Virus record (IMG/VR): IMGVR_UViG_3300032676_000325
Coordinates: 1 to 59,734 of that record
Length of the DNA: 59,734 bases
DNA from: a virus
Lineage: Duplodnaviria; Caudoviricetes
Strand: one strand, 5' to 3'
Shown: positions 1-9,615 of the stretch, one piece after another
Layout: each line of letters begins with the position of its first letter
How positions within the stretch are numbered: position 1 is the first letter of the stretch
The notes under the pieces: model-generated
Told to the model about the DNA's origin: nothing
Databases searched by the model: none
The model's input: only the letters and a program-made list of their open reading frames with translations
Translations under genes and position numbers: made by a program

Positions 1-280
1 CGGAACCCTGACCCACATACAGGCTTTCAAGCCATCGTTTGAATTGGATGAACTCGATGTCCCTGTCATTGTGCCACACATCAATTGACACCCTGAAATG
101 GAAAATATGACGATGAGGATTAGCAAGGAACGATACATCATATTCATCTCCAGTTTTAAGTAATGGGTCAGTGGCGGCCGCTGGATAACAGTGAATTCCT
201 TCTTTGGTAAAGCTAACCCAGATCTTTCTCTTAGCTGCAATTATAATTCTATCTACTAGATCACGTTCTGCTTGTATCAT
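1..280 (-). CDS. QueD-like T-fold protein (DpdL-like), partial, runs off the left edge
   Basis: Not in the ORF track. Manual translation from ATG 280 gives MIQAERDLV...KEGIHCYPAA...SFLANPHRHIFHFRV...DRDIEFIQFKRWL. It has LxxxHRHxF instead of the QueD CxxxHGH motif, an ATGA overlap with the upstream gene, and lies near a TGT-like gene. Confidence 0.75.
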   Translation of the reverse strand, partial: MIQAERDLVDRIIIAAKRKIWVSFTKEGIHCYPAAATDPLLKTGDEYDVSFLANPHRHIFHFRVSIDVWHNDRDIEFIQFKRWLESLYVGQGS

Positions 281-468
281 ACTCTACCATGCTCTTCTGA
301 CCACAGCGCATCATTGCGAGCAAGTTGGTCTGGGGTTAATAAACACTCTGTTAGAATAAAACGTTTACTCATATATGGAAGTTTTTCTAATTCAGTAGCT
401 ATAGTTACTCTGGCCTGTAGATTAGCTAGACGCTTGCTTTCTACCCATTCTTTATATAATTTAATCAT
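277..468 (-). CDS. hypothetical protein
   Basis: 63 aa ORF with 4-nt overlaps to both neighbours. Confidence 0.65.
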   Translation of the reverse strand: MIKLYKEWVESKRLANLQARVTIATELEKLPYMSKRFILTECLLTPDQLARNDALWSEEHGRV

Positions 469-1022
469 TTAATAATCTCATCTTTACCATATTGATCCCA
501 ATCGGTAAAGGTTTCTCTAGTGGTTAATGAATTTAATGTATGACACCACACACCTGGATTGGTTGCATTGAAGTCTACATCGTCTAGCTTAATTGTAGCA
601 TTATAACCTAGATGTTGTAAATAGGGCAATTTAACCGAAATCTGCGGAATAAATCTACGTTTCTCAATTAATCCACCTTCTACTAATCCTGCTACATCCT
701 TTACATCTAAATCTAAGGTACACCAGAAACCTGCTTCTAAGCATACATGGATCATATCTTCCCAAGGGCGCCAAACACCAACATTGTTAACGTCACCGTT
801 GGCATCAAAACTTTGATTAGCACCAAAGTAAATGTGTTTAATCTGATTAGGTGTTAATTGACATTTAGCATTGTAATCGTTGATTATTGCTAAGATTTCA
901 TCAGCCTCGTGTACTCCTACAACAAATAACGTAGGCATTCCGTAAGCGGGAGTACGCTCAATTTCTTCACCTACAAAGAATGTTACTGCTTCGGCTACAC
1001 CTTCATTATAAACACGTTTCAT
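465..1022 (-). CDS. hypothetical protein in the deazaguanine operon
   Basis: 185 aa, translationally coupled; globular-looking sequence (HIYFGANQSF, DDVDFNATNPGVWCH). Confidence 0.75.
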   Translation of the reverse strand: MKRVYNEGVAEAVTFFVGEEIERTPAYGMPTLFVVGVHEADEILAIINDYNAKCQLTPNQIKHIYFGANQSFDANGDVNNVGVWRPWEDMIHVCLEAGFWCTLDLDVKDVAGLVEGGLIEKRRFIPQISVKLPYLQHLGYNATIKLDDVDFNATNPGVWCHTLNSLTTRETFTDWDQYGKDEIIK

Positions 1023-1204
1023 AGTTTAATTAACTTTTCCCTAGTTTCTTCAATTTGACGACGTATATACGCTTTCTCTTGTTTCATTTTACTTAAACCG
1101 ATATCATCTAAGTAATTAGTATAACCTTCTTTGATCTGTTTGTCAAGCCCGGTATGGTATTGTTCTAACTCTGCTAAATGACCTTCTAGTTTTGTTTTAT
1201 CCAT
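1019..1204 (-). CDS. small coiled-coil protein (DUF465-like)
   Basis: 61 aa helical pattern (HxxLDKQI...MKQEKAYIRRQI), coupled to neighbours. Confidence 0.6.
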   Translation of the reverse strand: MDKTKLEGHLAELEQYHTGLDKQIKEGYTNYLDDIGLSKMKQEKAYIRRQIEETREKLIKL

Positions 1205-2769
1205 TATTCCCCCAATCCTGCTTCTAAATCATCTAATTTGCTTTCATCTAAACCACTGTCATCACGGTGATGCTCTACTTCAACTTCAACTTCTTGGTAG
1301 TTTCTATTATAAAAGGTATTGGCATTAATAGTTTTCTTACCTGTTGCGCCACGTGTACCGATAATCTGTTGCCAAAACTTATTATGATATTCAATAATAG
1401 CTTCTGCACTTGCACGATCTGGTGCGGCAAAAATGCTATCAACCACATTTTTAAAGTATACACGATCAAATGTTTCTTGTACTAACATATATGGTACAAC
1501 TCCTTGATCATACTGTCTATTTGCTTCTTGTACACTATTAATATGGCTCCAAACGTTATGACCCATTTGAATAGCGTAACTGAAACTATCCCATGATGTC
1601 TTACCTTCTTTACCTATTTTATTTAGGTCACCTTTAGCATAATAACATACATCATTGATCTGTATACGATTACTTATAGGACTGTCTGTGAAATTAGCAA
1701 AACGACCATCTTGTAGTACAGCATCACTAAACTTACGTGAATCTTTGGCGTATTTTTTATCATCTACACTTGGGACCATACGATATACCCATTTCTTACG
1801 ATCTTCAATTTCAGTTTGGATATAAATTTGCCCGTTAGCAGAAGCCAGGAATGGGCTTGCGCAATCAAAGGATATAGTAAATGCTGGGTTGACATATTTT
1901 CTTACAGCACGTTGAATATCAGTTAGCAAACAAGCCCATTCTAGCTTACTTGTACCCAAGAAGTGCATCCAATCATGAACGCCTTCTTGTAGTAAATTAT
2001 CGTAGCGCAATGCTACTAAACGTCTTAGAATTAAATGAACATCACACATGTTCTGTCCACCCATAGCCCATCCATTAAAATGACGGCCTGGATATTGCTT
2101 AGGATCACAGTACTTTTTCATACGATCATACCAATCGTCTGCATCAGCATGTGTTTCGCCCTGAAGAACGTTTAAGAACTTACAGTTACCATTACGATTG
2201 TTAATAAACCAATCATTGTTTATGTAAGTGCCTTGTACAGCTTCGTCATAGGTATTAATACCTGTGGCTTTACGACCTGCCGGACTACGGGCCACCCAAG
2301 CTGGGATATCTAAACACATACCATAATCCATGTATGCGTCCATCCAAGTTAATACTAATTCACGTTTCTTTTGTGCTTTAGGGCAGTTAGGATCCTTCCA
2401 ATCACCTTCCCAAACACCCTTACCAATTTGGAAACCACCTGAATCACCTAGGATAAAACTCTTACTGCGATCTCTGTTTCTGACCATGTCTTCTTTTGGA
2501 CTGTGCTTGTTAACATCTAACTCTGCGTGACCTGCTGAATACAAACTCCAGTGATAGGGAAAGTAAGCTTCAGTTGGATTGAGCCAATTAAGTCCTTCCA
2601 TGCCATTTTCAAAGTTTGCTGGAATACGTGTGCTGTCAACATACAAGTTACCGTTAGCATCCGGAAAACGTTGTTTTCCTACGTAAGTGGCATAAAAACC
2701 ACTCAATGCTGGTAGGAATACAGCATAATCTTTCTGTTTACTGGTTAAATTATCAATCTCGTGTGTCAT
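1204..2769 (-). CDS. dpdA: tRNA-guanine transglycosylase-fold protein, probably a DpdA-type DNA 7-deazaguanine transglycosylase
   Basis: TGT signature DSGGFQ plus LDIP, HFLGTS and SFD motifs; in the same operon as a QueD-like gene and replication genes. Confidence 0.75.
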   Translation of the reverse strand: MTHEIDNLTSKQKDYAVFLPALSGFYATYVGKQRFPDANGNLYVDSTRIPANFENGMEGLNWLNPTEAYFPYHWSLYSAGHAELDVNKHSPKEDMVRNRDRSKSFILGDSGGFQIGKGVWEGDWKDPNCPKAQKKRELVLTWMDAYMDYGMCLDIPAWVARSPAGRKATGINTYDEAVQGTYINNDWFINNRNGNCKFLNVLQGETHADADDWYDRMKKYCDPKQYPGRHFNGWAMGGQNMCDVHLILRRLVALRYDNLLQEGVHDWMHFLGTSKLEWACLLTDIQRAVRKYVNPAFTISFDCASPFLASANGQIYIQTEIEDRKKWVYRMVPSVDDKKYAKDSRKFSDAVLQDGRFANFTDSPISNRIQINDVCYYAKGDLNKIGKEGKTSWDSFSYAIQMGHNVWSHINSVQEANRQYDQGVVPYMLVQETFDRVYFKNVVDSIFAAPDRASAEAIIEYHNKFWQQIIGTRGATGKKTINANTFYNRNYQEVEVEVEHHRDDSGLDESKLDDLEAGLGE

Positions 2770-2911
2770 CTTTTAATTTCTCGTATGTTTTATGTTGTTC
2801 CCAGCGATCTTTTAAATCCGGGTTTTGTGCTATAAAGCGTTCGTACCATTCCCATTCTACCAGACGTTCTGCCACTAACTTAAAGGTAGTTCGAATATTA
2901 CTGTGCGTCAT
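2753..2911 (-). CDS. small hypothetical protein (52 aa)
   Basis: Manual translation MTHSNIRTTFKLVAERLVEWEWYERFIAQNPDLKDRWEQHKTYEKLKDDTRD; ATGA overlap with the upstream gene; fills the gap exactly. Confidence 0.6.
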   Translation of the reverse strand: MTHSNIRTTFKLVAERLVEWEWYERFIAQNPDLKDRWEQHKTYEKLKDDTRD

Positions 2912-3246
2912 TGAGCATCTTCTTCTTTGGTAAGAATATCCATGACTTGAAACTTCTCATAAGCATCTTTAAGCCCAGGATGCTTTTCCATGCGCTCTTT
3001 AAGAGTAGCTTCTTCTCGCTGTTTTTCTATAGCCCAACGAATAGCACTATCAGCATCCCAGCTTAGACCAACAGTTACACCCTGACTCATCAGTTGCCAA
3101 CTACTACCGTCATAGACTTCTACTGATTGATTAGTGGGGTTGTATCTTAACTGCCCAACATTCAGCATACCATTATTGTAAATGTTTGGAGGATAGTTTC
3201 CTGTTACTGTTACGTAGGCACTACTTGTTGTTAGGTTTTTAATCAT
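2908..3246 (-). CDS. hypothetical protein
   Basis: 112 aa, coupled ORF; C-terminal HPGLKDAYEKF. Confidence 0.7.
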   Translation of the reverse strand: MIKNLTTSSAYVTVTGNYPPNIYNNGMLNVGQLRYNPTNQSVEVYDGSSWQLMSQGVTVGLSWDADSAIRWAIEKQREEATLKERMEKHPGLKDAYEKFQVMDILTKEEDAQ

Positions 3247-3247
3247 G

Positions 3248-3982
3248 CTATTTTGATTGTGCTGGTAAGATATAGTTGTAAGTTGCTAGACCTGTATCTA
3301 CACTAATTTGTAATACACCATCATTACTTAATCGGAATGTTTTATCACCGCTTAAATTTAAGATACTGATCACAGCCGCTACAGGAAATGACAATGGTTT
3401 AGTCAATGAACCAGTAATATCAGCTTGGAATACAAAGTTACCTGCATGTGAACTATGATCACCAAAGAACATTTTCAAGTTTTTGCCGTCAGTCTTGGCA
3501 GTAAATATTACTTCATCACTATTTGCACTTGACATAAACTTTAAACGTTGAATATTTGCTACAGTTGGTTCAAACTCTACGTCCCAGCTTAGTTGTTTGC
3601 GTGAAATAACACTTTTAACTTTGTCGCTGATAATTTCTTGACTCATAAAACGATAGTCGTTTTTAAAGTCGCCTGCTTTGTTTTCAAAGTGTAGTCCTGT
3701 TGGCACAGTTACACCATCTTTGTCTTGTGTGTTTAATGAAATCTTAGCATTTTCTTTGTATTCCGGAATACCTAAGATTGTGTTTAGTTTACCTAAATTT
3801 GGCATACCAAATACACCAATAAACTCTGGTACTGGATTGTTTACTTTTGCTTGTACAATAACACTGCGATCTTCAGCAATTGCTTCGATCGAAGTTTCTT
3901 TACTTGTACCTGTTACTTTAACTAGATCGATAATTCCTAATCCATAAGTGTTTTTTACGATGTCTAATAGATGATCTTTCAT
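3248..3982 (-). CDS. putative DNA sliding clamp (T4 gp45/PCNA-like)
   Basis: 244 aa, beta-rich, ends YNYILPA, strong AAGGAG SD; two genes downstream of the family B polymerase; a clamp loader is present in the window. Confidence 0.65.
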   Translation of the reverse strand: MKDHLLDIVKNTYGLGIIDLVKVTGTSKETSIEAIAEDRSVIVQAKVNNPVPEFIGVFGMPNLGKLNTILGIPEYKENAKISLNTQDKDGVTVPTGLHFENKAGDFKNDYRFMSQEIISDKVKSVISRKQLSWDVEFEPTVANIQRLKFMSSANSDEVIFTAKTDGKNLKMFFGDHSSHAGNFVFQADITGSLTKPLSFPVAAVISILNLSGDKTFRLSNDGVLQISVDTGLATYNYILPAQSK

Positions 3983-4004
3983 TTACTTCTCCTTTGATAA
4001 TATA

Positions 4005-4033
4005 TTGTATATGATGTATTTAGGTTTTACAAT
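4005..4033 (-). promoter_or_regulatory. sigma70-like promoter with an embedded TAAATA late element, upstream of the clamp gene
   Basis: Minus strand reads TTGTAA-aacctaaatacatcata (17 nt)-TACAAT. Confidence 0.5.
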
Positions 4034-4965
4034 TATTTCGGTAATATTTTTCCAAGTGCCTGGTGTGCTTTTACTGTAGATAATTCGCCCGGTTTCTTAA
4101 TTTCTGCCCAACTGGTATATGGTGATTTCCAATGCTCAACACCTCCATCTTCGAAAGATAGTACTTCATATCCTGTTTTTTCACATGCGGCCTGCATAGC
4201 ACGCACAGTATTGTAGTTAAATATCTCTGATTCAGTTGATTTAGCAGATGAAACAACATCACAATTATTGTAACTAAACATGAATACCCCACCTGGTCTA
4301 AGTAGGTTGTAGACTGAGTTTAAATAAGGTTCAATTTCAGTAATTGTGCAATATTCAAATAAATTCCAGCATAATATAAATCCAAACTGCTCTTGAGGTA
4401 ATTCCCCAAATTGATCAACTGTGTATAATCGTAGTCTATCTTGATATTGTTTTGGATAATCTTTAATTACATCATTAAGCTGATCTATGTTTTCTCCTAC
4501 TAGATACAGGGGATCACAAGTAATCATACAGTCAATCCACTGCTTTTCTCGTGTATTAAGCTGTAATCCTGGATAGTGCCAATCACCATATTGTCGAATT
4601 CTAACCTTGATGATTTCTAATAGATCTTGATTCATTGGATACAATGATGGCTCTTTATTAGCAAACTTGCTTTGGAACTCGGGTGTATTAAACAGTTGAT
4701 TAGCTAATGCATCTATGTCTACAGTAATCTGATCTATTAATTGTTTTACTCCAAGAACAATCTTTTGATTTTCTGTATCCAAATTCTGATACATTTGAAT
4801 TAATTGATGTATTTGATCATCATAACCAGCATTAAAGTTATTAATCTGTGACATCTTTAAGCTGATAGCTTTTTGATCCATAAATTCGGCCAAACCATCG
4901 TTTAAGGTCTTTAATCGATTAGTTAAATCATTTTTAAAAATTAATAGTTCACTTATTGTCTTCAT
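4033..4965 (-). CDS. class I SAM methyltransferase-like protein with N-terminal coiled coil
   Basis: C-terminal FGFILCWN and LLRPGGVFMFSY motifs; the glycine loop is degenerate. Confidence 0.6.
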   Translation of the reverse strand: MKTISELLIFKNDLTNRLKTLNDGLAEFMDQKAISLKMSQINNFNAGYDDQIHQLIQMYQNLDTENQKIVLGVKQLIDQITVDIDALANQLFNTPEFQSKFANKEPSLYPMNQDLLEIIKVRIRQYGDWHYPGLQLNTREKQWIDCMITCDPLYLVGENIDQLNDVIKDYPKQYQDRLRLYTVDQFGELPQEQFGFILCWNLFEYCTITEIEPYLNSVYNLLRPGGVFMFSYNNCDVVSSAKSTESEIFNYNTVRAMQAACEKTGYEVLSFEDGGVEHWKSPYTSWAEIKKPGELSTVKAHQALGKILPK

Positions 4966-4968
4966 ATC

Positions 4969-7632
4969 TTATCCAAAACTAAACAAACTGTCAAATGTTG
5001 TGTTAATATTAGTATGTGCAGCAATGTCCCAATCAAGTACCCCTAGCAAATTTTCTACCTTTTGATCTACGATAGTGGTTTCCATTAATCCGTCATCAAA
5101 TGGTAAATCTTTAAACCAAGTTGGGATATGTAATTCATCTGTTGGATAACCTACACTGGTATATCCTAGAGGATTATCTTTAAGTTTACATACAATAGTT
5201 TTCATACCATCAACAATACTGGTACTATAGTTATCTCCATGCATACGTTTTAAGTTATTCCAATTCATCGCGGCTCGAACGTGTCCTGGCATATTGGCTT
5301 TACCCTCACGAGCTTCTGCGGCGGTGTATTTGGTCAAGTTGTTAACACGTTTAGGTGTGCCCTTTTCCCAAGCCGGACGATCTTGGAATGCTATTTTAAA
5401 TTCGCGTACTTTTTCAATAATAGATTCACGATCCTTGCCAGTTAATACATCATGTAAAATATCACTTAAGAAATCTTGCACAACTTTGGGAGTATCACTA
5501 CGTTTTAAGTCTAGACCCATGGCCTTAACTTTGCCCGGTTTACCTTCTTTATCTAAACGCTTGCCCTCTAAGTCATAGATCAACACAGCATAGCGTTTCT
5601 TTTTAATAAACAAACCTTTGCTTGCAACTACTTCACGCCCACCTTTAATAACTTCACCCATATGGCGTGGGCAATGAAAACTACGTTCCATCATTGCTGG
5701 AAAACTTTCGTTAACTTGATCTGATATGCTGTCATACATTTGTACAGCGATATCTTTATTCCACTCGATATTGCCGGCAGCTACTTCATCTTTAATGGCA
5801 GGCCAAGCACTAAAATAACATGAGTCAGTGTCACCGTATATAATAGCATCGCCCACGTGATCATACTTGCCGGTAATACATTCATTAATGAACGCATCCA
5901 TGTGTTTGGCAATAGTACGACCAGTAAGAGTAGTTGACTGTCCAATACGCTTATCAAAGAAACGACAACCTGGATTCAATAGTGCACCATATAAGCTATT
6001 CAAGTTAATTTTCTTAACTAATTGTCGCTTGTCCCAGAACGCAATTTCTTCCGGATCAGTGGCTTCTTTCTTTTTGGCCTGTAGTTCTTTACGTTCAGCA
6101 TACCAACGCTTTAACAAACTAGGTACAATTGCTTCTGTTTCAAAACTAAAAATAGTACCATTGGCTGATAAAATCCAAGGTTGATTGCTATTGAATATCA
6201 TATTCCATACTTCGTTAGCGGTATGTGATGTTGACCCAGCCCCACCTTCCCAATCGATAGTAATTTCAACACCTGCTTTATTTTCCATAACGGCTTCGTA
6301 TTCTAAGGTGCCAAACATATTTTCCCATGCATCAGCAAAACTTGAACCAGAAGCTATTTTTTGTTGAATATAATGATCAGTCATAATAGGACGGAGTTGT
6401 CCTACAATAGTTTCTGGACCCATATTCAGCGCACGAATAGCACTTGGGTATAGTGAGTTAATATCCACTGAACCGATGTACTCATGCATACCTTTTTTAG
6501 GATGTGCTACATACGCACCAGCCGCTTGTGTGTCACCTTGACTATCACGGCCTGCACGATTCATTACTACTAGGCCCTGTTGATGTGCTTGATTGATAAT
6601 TGCCTGCTCTGTGACTGCTACAGCACCCATAGTTGTTTGTAGTAGTACAGTATTGTCGTGCGCAAGTTCATTGGCCAGATCTAAAAAGCGTAGTTTCTTG
6701 TCTAACTTGCCTAGCAACATAGTATCCTGTCTATTATAATCAATAAACTTAGGAAAGTCTTTGTTGTACAGTTGATCTAAGGTACCTTCATAGGCAACCT
6801 TACGCTCATCTAATTCATATTCACCAATGGCATCTAAGCTGTAACTATGACGTTCTTCGTAGGTGTACTTTCGATATAATTGCATATAGTCTAGGTGTAC
6901 ACGACCAATTAAGTCGAATGTGATACTGGTAGCACCAAACCGCTCGAATTCACGTTGTTTAGGATATTGACCCCATAAACATAAACGTCTAGTATCATCT
7001 TTGCTTAATACACGCACAATACGACCTACTGTATAGGGAATATCATAGCCTTCACTGTTCCAACCGCTTAAGATATCAGCATCGTCGATTAAGTTAAGGA
7101 ATGTGTCTAACATGTCCTGTTCACGGTCAAACAAGAAACAGTTTTCATATTGATTACATATTTCCTGTGCTGAATCCCAACTATAACTCTTAGGAGGAAC
7201 TACTAAGGTAACCAGTTTGTCTAACCAATCTAAGTATACTGAAATAGCAGTGATAGCATTAAATGGATCATTAGTAGGAGCATATCCACGCTCGGGGTCG
7301 AAGTCTACCTCAATATCGAAGAACGCTGTTTGTAGTTTAGGTGATGCAACGCCAGAATAATTATCTTCTAAACAACGGAATACAGGATTGATATCACTTT
7401 CCCATAAACGCTTACCATTTTGCATGCGTAGTTCTTTATGGAACTCTTTACCTACTCGAGTGCTGAATCTACTAACAGGGGTGTCGTAGATAGTACGGAA
7501 CTTACCTTTGGGATCATCGTAATAAAATACATAATTTGCTGGGAATTCTTTATATTCTCTACTACCGTTGTTGCGTTCAACGATATAGATACGATCTTTA
7601 GCACGATCGTATAGTGCGTCTACATAACTCAT
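4969..7632 (-). CDS. family B DNA polymerase (T4 gp43-like)
   Basis: ExoI FFDIE, ExoII WNSEGYD, ExoIII YNRQD, DINSLYPS, KINLNSLYG, YGDTDS; C-terminal TFDSLF resembles a clamp-binding peptide. Confidence 0.97.
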   Translation of the reverse strand: MSYVDALYDRAKDRIYIVERNNGSREYKEFPANYVFYYDDPKGKFRTIYDTPVSRFSTRVGKEFHKELRMQNGKRLWESDINPVFRCLEDNYSGVASPKLQTAFFDIEVDFDPERGYAPTNDPFNAITAISVYLDWLDKLVTLVVPPKSYSWDSAQEICNQYENCFLFDREQDMLDTFLNLIDDADILSGWNSEGYDIPYTVGRIVRVLSKDDTRRLCLWGQYPKQREFERFGATSITFDLIGRVHLDYMQLYRKYTYEERHSYSLDAIGEYELDERKVAYEGTLDQLYNKDFPKFIDYNRQDTMLLGKLDKKLRFLDLANELAHDNTVLLQTTMGAVAVTEQAIINQAHQQGLVVMNRAGRDSQGDTQAAGAYVAHPKKGMHEYIGSVDINSLYPSAIRALNMGPETIVGQLRPIMTDHYIQQKIASGSSFADAWENMFGTLEYEAVMENKAGVEITIDWEGGAGSTSHTANEVWNMIFNSNQPWILSANGTIFSFETEAIVPSLLKRWYAERKELQAKKKEATDPEEIAFWDKRQLVKKINLNSLYGALLNPGCRFFDKRIGQSTTLTGRTIAKHMDAFINECITGKYDHVGDAIIYGDTDSCYFSAWPAIKDEVAAGNIEWNKDIAVQMYDSISDQVNESFPAMMERSFHCPRHMGEVIKGGREVVASKGLFIKKKRYAVLIYDLEGKRLDKEGKPGKVKAMGLDLKRSDTPKVVQDFLSDILHDVLTGKDRESIIEKVREFKIAFQDRPAWEKGTPKRVNNLTKYTAAEAREGKANMPGHVRAAMNWNNLKRMHGDNYSTSIVDGMKTIVCKLKDNPLGYTSVGYPTDELHIPTWFKDLPFDDGLMETTIVDQKVENLLGVLDWDIAAHTNINTTFDSLFSFG

Positions 7633-7702
7633 ATTACTCCTAATGCCACTTGTAGCTGGCTAACTTTTCTGCATGTACGTAAGTGTACGACTCAAATAAC
7701 TA

Positions 7703-8263
7703 TTATAACTTAAATCTATGGAATGGGCAACGTTTAATGTTACCATCTTTATACTTTTCATATTGTTCTTGTCTACGAGTTACTACTGCGGTATAGTGTT
7801 TCTTAGACCAAGGTTTATAGTACGATGTTTTTAACAGTGCTCGATGGCCATCGAGCACAGGATCTAACCGATTAACTAATACCACAAAATATTTACCACC
7901 ATTAAATAATCCTGGATATATGCTAGAAGTTTTAATAGCTTGACCATACTGTACGTAGTACCCTTGTGGTATTACTTCTTGATTAAGTTTATTAATCAGG
8001 CGCTTGATTCCCCAATGCCATTTAGTTCTAGGCGGCATAGCTAATACACATATTTCTAATTTAGGATCTGCTACAAGTCTGCGTATATTGTCTGCGATAA
8101 ATTTTTTAATACTACCTTCATTCCACGCCTGTACGTCAACTATGCCCTTAAGTCTTGCGGCTTTGGCATATGGACAAACTGCAAATTTATAGTCATAAAA
8201 CTTGTTATCTACTTCAACATAGTTTTTAATCCAATCCCATATAGCGGCCTGCACTTGAATCAT
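7703..8263 (-). CDS. hypothetical protein (CPYA motif, DUF1415-like N-terminus)
   Basis: 186 aa; W-I-x-x-Y-V...VCPYAKAAR. Confidence 0.6.
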   Translation of the reverse strand: MIQVQAAIWDWIKNYVEVDNKFYDYKFAVCPYAKAARLKGIVDVQAWNEGSIKKFIADNIRRLVADPKLEICVLAMPPRTKWHWGIKRLINKLNQEVIPQGYYVQYGQAIKTSSIYPGLFNGGKYFVVLVNRLDPVLDGHRALLKTSYYKPWSKKHYTAVVTRRQEQYEKYKDGNIKRCPFHRFKL

Positions 8264-8940
8264 GTTAGTCCTTTAAACACATACAAAGTTAGTCCGCCGT
8301 TTCTAGCGTTAAATAAGTTGGCTAAATTAACTAATTTATTGTTGATACTTGGGGTTACTTCTAGTAATTCGTAGTCGTTAAACATATTAAGAACTTCTCG
8401 ATGTGTAAGGGCTATTTCGCATGGATTGGCTGTTTGGTCTAATTCTAATCGTTTATTATTATAACTAATAGATAATAAATTTTTAATACAATTGCCCCAA
8501 TTATTGTATACTCCTATAATGACTATACCATTAGGTTTTAATAACTGTTTAATTTTATCTACAGCATCTATATAATTGGATACGTGAGTGATAAAACTTT
8601 GGGCAATTATAATATCAAATTTGGTCGTAGTAGAGTAATCAAAGAAATTTTGCTTGACAAACTTTGCATTAAGCACACTATGTTGTTTGGCAAAATCACT
8701 GGCATAATCGGCACCTGTACTAAAATCTAACCCTTGAAATTCACCACTGGCATACCTTAATGCAAATAAATTAGTAAGCAACCCAGTACCGCACCCTACA
8801 TCTAATACCTTTTGTTTGTGATCTATATAGTGATTAATGACTTTAACATAGGGATTAATAGTTACATCGTAGTTAGATAACTGATCAAATGTGTATGGAC
8901 CGGGAAATGGATTTTTATTGTAGAATTCTTGTACACTCAT
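8260..8940 (-). CDS. SAM-dependent methyltransferase
   Basis: VLDVGCGTG, GLDFS, FDIII, LLKPNG. Confidence 0.9.
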   Translation of the reverse strand: MSVQEFYNKNPFPGPYTFDQLSNYDVTINPYVKVINHYIDHKQKVLDVGCGTGLLTNLFALRYASGEFQGLDFSTGADYASDFAKQHSVLNAKFVKQNFFDYSTTTKFDIIIAQSFITHVSNYIDAVDKIKQLLKPNGIVIIGVYNNWGNCIKNLLSISYNNKRLELDQTANPCEIALTHREVLNMFNDYELLEVTPSINNKLVNLANLFNARNGGLTLYVFKGLT

Positions 8941-9029
8941 TTATAGATATAAGGATCTTCTTCCTTGAGTTCTCTACGTTTTTTAAGTGTAGTAAAAAAT
9001 AATTTAATTCGTAAGATTAAGTTTTTCAT
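8937..9029 (-). CDS. 30 aa peptide ending in DPYIYK
   Basis: Manual translation MKNLILRIKLFFTTLKKRRELKEEDPYIYK; overlaps both flanking genes (ATGA with the methyltransferase). Confidence 0.55.
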   Translation of the reverse strand: MKNLILRIKLFFTTLKKRRELKEEDPYIYK

Positions 9030-9612
9030 TAATTAATTCTTCAACTTTATTAAACATAAGTTGATTTCCTTTAGGGGTTAAGTGATTTATGTCACCTCTA
9101 TTCTTAACAAATATACGATTAATGTCGTAGTAGTCGGACAATACATTATATAACTGTTTCTTATTAACATTGATCAAATGTATTTGATTTAACTCGTAAT
9201 TATCTAATATTGATAAAATTTCTTTACAAATCAAATTACTGATATCATGATAATAGTCGAGTTCAAAATAGCGTTCAAAGAAATCAACTGCCAACTGACA
9301 ATCAGAATCATCTTTATGTGCTAATAGATCAGTATATATTAAATCGCTGTCTTTATGTAATACATTATTGGCATGTATGGGATGCAATTTACAATGTATT
9401 CTATTGGGACTTGCATGACTAACTAACACTGTATCAAATTTAGATAAATCAATTGATTTAATCTGTTGTAAGATTTTGTATTCACTTACTGCAGCCTGTG
9501 CTATATTAGTAACATCATACTTATCTGCCAGCAAGTTAGGCCATCCCTTTTTGTCAGGATACTTAACTTGCCAGTTAGCAGCAAAACTATCGCCACAGAT
9601 TAATATCTTCAC
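9004..9612 (-). CDS. SGNH/GDSL-type hydrolase
   Basis: N-terminal ICGDSF, C-terminal DINHL. Confidence 0.7.
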   Translation of the reverse strand: MKILICGDSFAANWQVKYPDKKGWPNLLADKYDVTNIAQAAVSEYKILQQIKSIDLSKFDTVLVSHASPNRIHCKLHPIHANNVLHKDSDLIYTDLLAHKDDSDCQLAVDFFERYFELDYYHDISNLICKEILSILDNYELNQIHLINVNKKQLYNVLSDYYDINRIFVKNRGDINHLTPKGNQLMFNKVEELINEKLNLTN

Positions 9613-9615
9613 AAT

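Noticed and set aside
4969-7632. Intein or intron in the polymerase
   Set aside because: The ORF is continuous, of normal length, and has no splicing or homing endonuclease motifs.
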